Source: Chloroflexota bacterium (GTDB taxonomy: Bacteria; Chloroflexota; UBA11872; VXOZ01). Taken from it: a stretch of DNA of 64,000 nucleotides. How positions within the stretch are numbered: position 1 is the stretch's first letter; every line of letters begins with the position of its first letter. The position numbers and the translations under genes are program-made. Location: assembly GCA_965221905.1 (NCBI GenBank), contig OZ244922.1:800001-864000 (forward strand), in the 5' to 3' direction. Below the pieces are notes generated by a model that had not been told where the DNA came from, did no database searches, and worked only from the letters and a program-made list of their open reading frames with translations. Positions 57,091-64,000 of the stretch are shown here, piece after piece.

Positions 57091-58081
57091 TCTTCCAGGG
57101 AGCAGCAACGCCAAGCGGCTATGTCCGCCGAATCCCAGTCTCCTCCTCAAACGGGGCGAGAAGCGTCTGTCCCAACCGGACTTCAACTCGTGCAATCCGG
57201 CTGCGAGCTGTGGCTCTTCCAAGAACGCAAGGTCGGCAACATGGACTGCACGTTCTGCCTGGACTGCATCCAGGCGTGCCCCTACGACAACGTCGGCATC
57301 CAGTTACGCGCGCCCACCAGTGAGTTTCGCCGCTTGCAGGAGTGGCACTCCGGCGTGGGCACGCTGGTAAAACGCACTGACATAGCGGCGCTGGTGATTG
57401 TGCTCGTATTCGCGGCGTTCGTAAACGCCTTTGGGATGGTGGCGCCGGTCTACGTCCTGGAACAATGGCTGGCCGCGCTGCTCGGCATCCGCAGTGAGCC
57501 AATGGTGCTTGGCGTGGTCTTTCTTGTGGGGCTGATAGCGTTGCCGTTCGTGCTTGTTACCCTTGCCGCTTGGTCGAGCCGTGCGCTTGTCGGCGGAACC
57601 GAGCCGCTGGGCTCGACCGTAACGCGCTACAGTTTCGCCCTCGTTCCCATTGGCTTTGGGATGTGGCTTGCGCACTACGGCTTTCACTTGTTTATCGGCG
57701 CCCTAACCGCTGTTCCCGTGATGCAAAGTTTCTTGGCTGACTTTGGATTGCCAATTCTGGGCGATCCACGCTGGGAGCTGGCTGCCGTCGTGCCCGACTC
57801 CTGGCTGGTGCCGCTGGAACTCCTGCTGCTGGAGCTCGGCATGCTCGTCTCACTGACCATCGGCTACCGCATTGCGAAAGAACAGCAAGGCGCAGTGTCG
57901 AAGGCCATACGCGCTCTCTTGCCGTGGGCAGTTCTAATCGTCGCTCTGTTCTTTACCGGAGCCTGGCTGATGACGCAACCGATGGAAATGCGGGGTACGA
58001 TTCTCGGATAGATCGCGCTAAGCCCAAACGCAATAGTACGTTCGTGCCTTAGGAGGCGACCTTTGAGTAACTCGGTCTTTG

Positions 58082-58183
58082 CGGCGAAAGCCGGAAATCA
58101 GGGGGAGGCGGGAAGTGTACAGAAACTTGCCGTGAAGTCCTTTTCACCCCCATCCCGACCTTCCCCCGTCAAGGGGGAAGGGG
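58082..58183 (+). repeat. Second copy of the A+B composite REP element
   Basis: Homologous to 2133-2230. Confidence 0.8.
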
Positions 58184-58222
58184 CTTCGCAGAATTCTCCT
58201 AGGAGGTAGAGATAACAACCCA

Positions 58223-58471
58223 ATGGCAGCCCGTCGCTCGCAATTCTCTTGGCTCATGGCCGGACTTGGGAAGAGTCATGGCAAGGCCGGCCATTTGCGC
58301 CCGCTCGCGCTTGGAGTTCCGCTAGCCACGCTTTCGGCCCCGCTGGAGCACGGCGCGTTGGGCGTGTGGGACGAGGTGGCCGTGGGAGCGGTCCTGATCG
58401 GCTGCGCAATCGCGTATGCGATTTGGTTCTACCTCAGCGGACGTAAGGAAGGGCCGCAGGACAAAGAGTAG
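58223..58471 (+). CDS. Small membrane protein (82 aa)
   Basis: AGGAGG RBS, 'HGALGVWDE' followed by one TM and a charged tail. Confidence 0.6.
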   Translation: MAARRSQFSWLMAGLGKSHGKAGHLRPLALGVPLATLSAPLEHGALGVWDEVAVGAVLIGCAIAYAIWFYLSGRKEGPQDKE

Positions 58472-58574
58472 GTAATACCACGAATTGTCAGGCCTTATTC
58501 TTGAATGAGATTTGGCCGATACGTCAGCAATTGCCTCCCGCTCTTTGCCGTACGAGCATGCAAGACTTCGAAGG

Positions 58575-58808
58575 CGTCATTCCGGCGAAAGCTGAAATCC
58601 ATCTTCGCTGCATTTTTGTACTTCCACTCACCATCAAGTTCGTGGCAAGTGCTCCATCGCAATTACCAAAACCGTAGAGGCACGACATGTCGTGCCTCTA
58701 CTCTTCCCGTTCATGCTTCGACAGGGGCTTCGCGCAGCCCTCAGTACGAACAGGGGCAAACGCAGACTTTGGTGAGGCCAGGGGCGGGGGGCAAGCCCCC
58801 GCTCTACA
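58575..58808. repeat. Cluster of four REP-like families (A, E, C, D)
   Basis: A at ~58576, E at 58674-58701 (GTAGAGGCACGACATGTCGTGCCTCTAC), C at ~58707-58750, D at 58784-58808. Confidence 0.8.
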
Positions 58809-58907
58809 AAAGATGAAGCGGCACAAATTCTGCCAGACCCGCGCAAGCGAGAATCTGTAGGGGTGCACCCTTCAAGTCTCAGTCCGTGTCCTTTCGATTG
58901 AGACCGC

Positions 58908-60623
58908 TTAGCGCCGCCACTCGGCGATATTCCACGTCTCGCTATCCCAGTAGTTGATGCGGACACCGTGCAGCGTATTTAAGGTAGCGGAAATTGAATT
59001 CCGGTTGACCAGCGGAATCTGGTAGTAGCTCTGCACAATGATGTCGTTTAGCCGCTTCACCAGCGCCTCGCGCTCCGGTCCGATTGGGGTTTGGGCGAGT
59101 AGGGCAAAGGTTGCATCGTACTCCGCATTGCACATGCGGGCGTTATTGCCGCTGGACCAACCGTTGTCACGTGTCTGGACATTACTGCAAAGTCCACGTG
59201 AGAGATACTGCTGAGGATCTACGCCGGAATTTGCAGTGTACATTTGCACGTCCGCGAAGAAACGACGGTACGACTCCTCCTCGTGGACCGCCGGGTCGCC
59301 GCCAAAGAAGAGGTCGGCGTCGTGCTGAATGAGCACGGTCTCGATACCAATCTCCCGCCACCACTCTTGGATAAGGGCTTGGGTAGCCTGCCTGATGTCG
59401 TTTTCGGTGGTCTGGTACGTGATCCGCAACGGAACGCCATTGTATTCGCGGATGCCATCGCCATCGCTGTCGACGACGCCGTTTTCATCCAAAAGCTGCT
59501 TGGCGCCGGCAATGTCTTGCAGCAGACAGTCTTGATTCGCAGTCGAAATGTATTTGAGGGGAGACGCGACCACATTGCACTCGGGCACTGCGGTGAAGCC
59601 ATAGACTTCCGCAGCGATGAGGGTGCGGTCTATCGCCATGGACTTCGCCTGGGTGATGGGCGAAAACGTCAAGAACGGGTGGGGGTTCTGTCCGTCCAGG
59701 TACTCAGAGCGATCGTCGCCCAGCGCGGGGTCCGGATTGGTCTGGTTGATGACGATGCGCTCGACATGAGCGGAGATAACCGCAGTATTAGCCTTCCCAA
59801 GTCCCTTGGCTTCCATCTCCAGCAAAACGTCCGGCTTCACCTGCAAGTTCCAGGCATAATCGACTTCACCCTTTTCCAAGACGGACTGCGCTGCCGCAAG
59901 CGCATCCCCTCCACCCAGCAGTACGATTCGGTCGAAATAGACCGGCTCGCCGTGGTAGAAGGGATTGCGCTCGTATGTCGCCCCTTCGTTTGGCACAAAT
60001 GTCACGAGCCGGTAGGGTCCGGTGCCCAGAGGAAGGGCATTTTGATCTTCACAAGTTCTGGCAGCGGCGCCGACACAACCGGCAAACTGTGCCGCACTGA
60101 TGATGGGCGCGTCACCGCTGACAAACGCTGTGTAGGGATAGGGCGTAGGCTTATCGAAAGTTATGGTAACCGTATGGTCGTCCAGAGCTTCAATGGAGGC
60201 AATATTGGCAAATGAATCACCCTTCGTGCAGCCGGTACCCTCATCTGCACAGTAGCGCCACGTGAATATCACGTCCTCCGCAGTCATGGCGCTGCCGTCC
60301 GACCAGCGCACTCCTTGTTTCAGCTTCCACGTAATTGTCAACAGATCTTCCGAAACGCCGCCATTCTCAAGTGTGGGGATTTCAACGGCAAGCTTCGGCG
60401 CCAAGTTGCCATCCGGATCGTAATTCGCCAAAGGCTCCAAGGTAATTGCGCCCGCGTCCCTATCCTTGAAGCCGCCGGTCAGGTACGGGAACGGCAGGGA
60501 AGGCGCTTGCCAGTAGCGCATGGTTAAGACTTGCTCTTCCTCCGGCGCTTCGCCTTCGCCGCCGCAAGCAACGAGCAGGAGCGCGATGAGGGTAGTAAAT
60601 GCGAGAGCCAAAGAACGATACAT
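58908..60623 (-). CDS. Peptide/nickel ABC transporter substrate-binding lipoprotein (SBP family 5)
   Basis: LVAC lipobox, 'ITWKLKQGVRWSDG..MTAEDVIFTW', 'GTGPY', 'AKSMAIDR'. Confidence 0.92.
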   Translation of the reverse strand: MYRSLALAFTTLIALLLVACGGEGEAPEEEQVLTMRYWQAPSLPFPYLTGGFKDRDAGAITLEPLANYDPDGNLAPKLAVEIPTLENGGVSEDLLTITWKLKQGVRWSDGSAMTAEDVIFTWRYCADEGTGCTKGDSFANIASIEALDDHTVTITFDKPTPYPYTAFVSGDAPIISAAQFAGCVGAAARTCEDQNALPLGTGPYRLVTFVPNEGATYERNPFYHGEPVYFDRIVLLGGGDALAAAQSVLEKGEVDYAWNLQVKPDVLLEMEAKGLGKANTAVISAHVERIVINQTNPDPALGDDRSEYLDGQNPHPFLTFSPITQAKSMAIDRTLIAAEVYGFTAVPECNVVASPLKYISTANQDCLLQDIAGAKQLLDENGVVDSDGDGIREYNGVPLRITYQTTENDIRQATQALIQEWWREIGIETVLIQHDADLFFGGDPAVHEEESYRRFFADVQMYTANSGVDPQQYLSRGLCSNVQTRDNGWSSGNNARMCNAEYDATFALLAQTPIGPEREALVKRLNDIIVQSYYQIPLVNRNSISATLNTLHGVRINYWDSETWNIAEWRR

Positions 60624-60728
60624 AGTAATGAGCTCTCCTATAGAGTGAGCGAATTCGGTTTTCAAGCAGGCGTAGCAGCGAGCTTACTCACCCGGGTGGG
60701 AAGGAAGCTGTTGCTGACCCGCCTGCAC

Positions 60729-61673
60729 CTACCGCGCGACTGCCGCCGCAACCCCGGCGTTTGCCTTCGCCACAAACGGCGCCATGTAGTCCTTGAATTT
60801 CTGCGCGTAGGCATCCAGGTCTTCCAGGTTGCCGCCGTCGCGCAGGGAGGAGCACATCTCGTAGGCCACCGTGCCGGTGTAGCCTTCCGCGATGAGCGTG
60901 TCGAAGAATGTCTCGTAATCAATAAGCCCTTCGCCCATGGCCACCCCCAACATGCGCGCGGGCTCCGCGACATAGTTCACCAGCGCCGGTTCGTAGCGGT
61001 AGCGCGGCAGAGCTACGTAGTCGGCCACGGTGGTGTACGCCATGAAGGGTGTCATGCGGCGCACTGCCGCTGCCAGCGCCTCGCCGTGCAAGCCCTGTAC
61101 GGCGGGCGACCAGGCGTCGAAGGCTGCTCGGCAGTTGGGGTGGTCTACCTCGCTGAGGAGTTGATACATGCTTTCGTAGTCGACAGCAAAGTCGTGATGA
61201 TTCTGGACCGTGAGGGCCACGCCAAAGTCGGCGGCCAGCCGCGCCGCCTCGCGCAGGCCAGTGACAACACTCGTCCAGCCCGCATCGTAAGAAATACCGG
61301 CACGTTCGTAACCGGTGAAGACGCGAATTGCAGGGCAATCGAGATCGCGGGCCAAGGAAGCCAGTTCGGCAATGTAGACGATCTGATGCTCCCAGAAGGG
61401 CACGTCGGGCCGTTCGGGGCCGACGGTAAAGTCGTTGTACCCTGCCAGAGAGTTAACGCTGAGGTCGTGTTCGGCCAGCAGCGCGCGCAGGGCTTGCCGT
61501 TTCTCAGGCCGGTGCGACGGGTAATCGAGCAGCGAAAGATGGGGGCGCTTGGCGACCAGCATCACCGCTTTGAACCCAAGCGCCGCCGTGCGCGGGATGA
61601 ATTCCTCCAGTGTCAGCCGTTCTTGCCCCGGCCACACTCCCGCATAACTTACCGAATGTAATGCTAGTTGCAT
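60729..61673 (-). CDS. Sugar phosphate isomerase/epimerase (xylose isomerase-like TIM barrel)
   Basis: 'IRVFTG', 'QNHHD', 'GEGLIDY..FF..L...GYTG.VAYE'. AGGAGG RBS. Confidence 0.85.
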   Translation of the reverse strand: MQLALHSVSYAGVWPGQERLTLEEFIPRTAALGFKAVMLVAKRPHLSLLDYPSHRPEKRQALRALLAEHDLSVNSLAGYNDFTVGPERPDVPFWEHQIVYIAELASLARDLDCPAIRVFTGYERAGISYDAGWTSVVTGLREAARLAADFGVALTVQNHHDFAVDYESMYQLLSEVDHPNCRAAFDAWSPAVQGLHGEALAAAVRRMTPFMAYTTVADYVALPRYRYEPALVNYVAEPARMLGVAMGEGLIDYETFFDTLIAEGYTGTVAYEMCSSLRDGGNLEDLDAYAQKFKDYMAPFVAKANAGVAAAVAR

Positions 61674-61761
61674 CGGAATTCCTCCTAATTAATCTGCCAA
61701 AGTTTATTGCCGTATTGGTCGATCTCCGCGCGTAGCATTATCGAAAGTCACATACCCTCTT

Positions 61762-64000
61762 CTAAGTAGGGCGAACATCCTCCGTCGGTTCACCGTTGGT
61801 CCTAGCGTCCGGCTCTTCCTGTCCATTCTCCGTCATTGTTGGTTTTTGGCGCACTGCTTGCCGAGTTGCAACGGCAGTATTGCCTTGGGTTTCGGCCTCG
61901 TTCGCCGGGCCGTCCGCGCTGCCGCGTGGAGAGTCGTCAGTACCGGCTTTTGCGCCGTGTCGGGGCGGCTCTCCGTTTGCCGGGGCGTCGATTTCTCGCG
62001 ATGCGTCCGGGGTAGAGGAAGCCTGATCGCTTGCTGCCTGCGCAGCCGCCGGAGGGGGCGTGTCGGCCGCTTGCTTGAGTTGTGGAGGAAAGTCTGCTTG
62101 GCTGCTTTCAGTTACTGCCGGTTGAACGACGCCCCGGACTTCGCCGGAAATGCCCGCGCCGTCGGGGTCACTGCTCGCTTCGGATGGAGCATCCGCGGGG
62201 GCAGCGCTGCCACCGACTTCCAGCGCAAGCTGGGCGACGCGCAACAGGTGCGTCCGCAAAACGTCGTTTTCAGAGCGCAGCGTGCGCAGTGATTCCGCCT
62301 CGAGTTTCGCCTGCATCTCCTGGGCCAGAATGGCTGCTTGCTGGGCCAAGGCCGTTTCCATCTGCTTTTGCTGCGTCAGGTCGCGCACCACACACAGAAA
62401 CTGATCGTCCACCAGCGCCGCGATGCCACCCGCGAGCACCTGACCGCCAACCGGATGGCACGTGAAGCGCTGCGGCTGTCCGTCACTCTGTACGCGCTCG
62501 ATGGCGGCCATCATCTGCGATGCGAGGTCGACGGAAAGTGCCTCGCGTGCTCTGGCGCCAACCATACTCTCCGCGTCTTGGGGTCCAAAGCTCTCAGCGG
62601 GCTTGCACTCAAGTATCGTGCCGTCGGCTCGCACGCGCAGCACGAGGTCAGGCAGGAGGGTGCGTAGGACACGCGCAGACGCCTCCGCAATGGTTAGCAC
62701 CGCAGCTTGCTCAGAGTTCAGTTGCTCAAGGTGCGTTCGCAGCGCTTGATTGCTTTCCTCACTCTCCTGGAGCTGTGCCATGGCCTCCTTAAGTTCGGTC
62801 GTGTCACGCAGGAGGCAGAGCACGGTGTCCTTCGCATACGTTGCAACGCGCACTGCCAGCACTTGTCCGCTCTGTCGTAAGAAAGAGAGTTCTTGCACCT
62901 CGCCGCTTTCCAAAGCCGCTTCCGCCGCGGCCACCAGCGGCGTTACGTCGTCGCCCTGAAAAACGTCTTCCAGTTGTTTGCCGGCGAACATGTCCTCGTA
63001 TGCCGCTAATTGGGTGGCGGACGGTGGCTTGAGGTCTTGGATCGTGCCTCCGCGCGTCATGCGGATGAGCCAATCACCCGTCACGCGGCGCAGGGAATCT
63101 GCCGCGCGCCGCTGCGCGTCCAACTCTTGGAGCGTATGCGCATGTGCGGTGTTATCCCGGATGATGCACAGCGCCTGATCGGCGGTGTGCACAGTCACGT
63201 AACCCTCCAGAATCACGCTGCCGTCAGTGGCGGCGTAGTGCAGGCGCTCCGTCTTGCCCGCTTGGAGGACCCGCCCAACTGCGGCCATGACGGCTGCGGA
63301 TTGATCGGACGGCAACACCGCTTGGATGTTCTTGCCCAAAAGGTCGCTCGGCATTGCCGAAGGGCCGAAATCGGCGGCGGCCTTCCAATCCGTGATAGTG
63401 CCGTCACTGCGCATGCCTACCAATAGTCCCTCGGTGGCGTTGCGCAGCGCGCGATGGCTGGCCTGCAGGTCGCGCAGGGCGAGTTCCGGAGCGGTAGCGG
63501 GCTTTTCATCTGCGGTGCCAGGTGCGAGCGAGGCTTCTGCTGCAACGGGCCTGACCGCTTCAGCTACTCCTGCGGTCGCCGTGGCACGGCCGGTTGCTTT
63601 CCAGTAAATCCCAGCAATAACGCAGAGATAGCTCGCCACGGTTAGGCCCTGCGCAAGCAGAAGCAGTTCCTCGAGTTGCCACGCGTTGAGCAATGGAAAG
63701 CGGGCCAGAGCAAAGAGGGTGACAATGAAGGCAAGAAGCAACCAGCGGGCAATGGGTTCCCTGCGCAATCTACCGTTGCGCAGAATCCCCGTCATGCCGA
63801 CGAGCGTAAGCGCGGCCGCGAGCAGGAGTTCCGGCTGGGCCGCCAGCGGCACGATTGGCTGGCCCAGAACCCAAACGACGTCGTTGGAAGGCGGAAATGG
63901 AAATACTAATGAAGCGACAGTTACGATGAAGGCGAGAGTGGCAGCAGCGAAGTAGATACCCCCCGGTTGAGCGGTTGAAGGGCGGTCCTGCCTGCTCGCG
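61762..64000 (-). CDS. Membrane protein with three PAS-like domains, coiled coils and a disordered acidic tail (5' end outside window)
   Basis: The frame stays open from 63852 to the window edge. TM helices, then three 'D/GGTI...G....V/L...LCxxRDxT' PAS repeats; no kinase, GGDEF or EAL domain. Confidence 0.8.
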   Translation of the reverse strand, partial: ASRQDRPSTAQPGGIYFAAATLAFIVTVASLVFPFPPSNDVVWVLGQPIVPLAAQPELLLAAALTLVGMTGILRNGRLRREPIARWLLLAFIVTLFALARFPLLNAWQLEELLLLAQGLTVASYLCVIAGIYWKATGRATATAGVAEAVRPVAAEASLAPGTADEKPATAPELALRDLQASHRALRNATEGLLVGMRSDGTITDWKAAADFGPSAMPSDLLGKNIQAVLPSDQSAAVMAAVGRVLQAGKTERLHYAATDGSVILEGYVTVHTADQALCIIRDNTAHAHTLQELDAQRRAADSLRRVTGDWLIRMTRGGTIQDLKPPSATQLAAYEDMFAGKQLEDVFQGDDVTPLVAAAEAALESGEVQELSFLRQSGQVLAVRVATYAKDTVLCLLRDTTELKEAMAQLQESEESNQALRTHLEQLNSEQAAVLTIAEASARVLRTLLPDLVLRVRADGTILECKPAESFGPQDAESMVGARAREALSVDLASQMMAAIERVQSDGQPQRFTCHPVGGQVLAGGIAALVDDQFLCVVRDLTQQKQMETALAQQAAILAQEMQAKLEAESLRTLRSENDVLRTHLLRVAQLALEVGGSAAPADAPSEASSDPDGAGISGEVRGVVQPAVTESSQADFPPQLKQAADTPPPAAAQAASDQASSTPDASREIDAPANGEPPRHGAKAGTDDSPRGSADGPANEAETQGNTAVATRQAVRQKPTMTENGQEEPDARTNGEPTEDVRPT

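Larger units (their letters stand above)
54810..58011 (+). pseudogene. Membrane polyferredoxin (FesM/NapH-like 4Fe-4S-binding protein), disrupted by a frameshift (~55122), IS30 and a MITE
   Basis: Segments 'GNLFCMACP', 'FCKYVCHIG', 'CGTCTTKDC' and 'GCELWLF...DCTFCLDCIQACP' plus multiple TMs lie in collinear order across the insertions. Confidence 0.88.

Overview
A 64-kb GC-rich bacterial chromosomal segment. It is probably Chloroflexota, inferred from the Tat-lipoprotein solute-binding proteins, the many Gfo/Idh/MocA oxidoreductases, the PrsA-like foldase and the YtkA/FixH + FesM-type locus. Core genes: tRNA-Leu(TAA)-rpsF-ssb-rpsR, a DinG/YoaA helicase, hom-thrC, recJ-rel, a short ArgA and nagA-ROK. 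These are mixed with sugar/organic-acid catabolic genes and orphan ABC substrate-binding proteins. A decayed accessory patch at about 6.7-11.0 kb holds a DUF2207-like gene, a frameshifted TM2 gene and an IS1380 relic. At least six families of short REP-like palindromes fill the intergenic DNA. The most striking structure is at 54.8-58.0 kb, where a membrane polyferredoxin gene carries a 164-codon in-frame insert containing four of these palindromes. One palindrome has had its 14-bp hairpin core replaced by an IS30-family element, and another is split by a 264-bp IS481-type MITE with a 5-bp target duplication. Other oddities: a Rel with a tandemly duplicated zinc-finger domain, a sensor kinase with no recognisable H-box coupled to an HtrA protease, a triple-PAS membrane protein with no output domain, a stand-alone tyrosine-recombinase core-binding domain, a poly-Gly/RG-extended S18, a candidate S6:S18 leader RNA, and a second TGT...ACA MITE upstream of the tRNA. 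No CRISPR array, rRNA or prophage was seen. All family calls come from reading motifs by eye; no database search was run.
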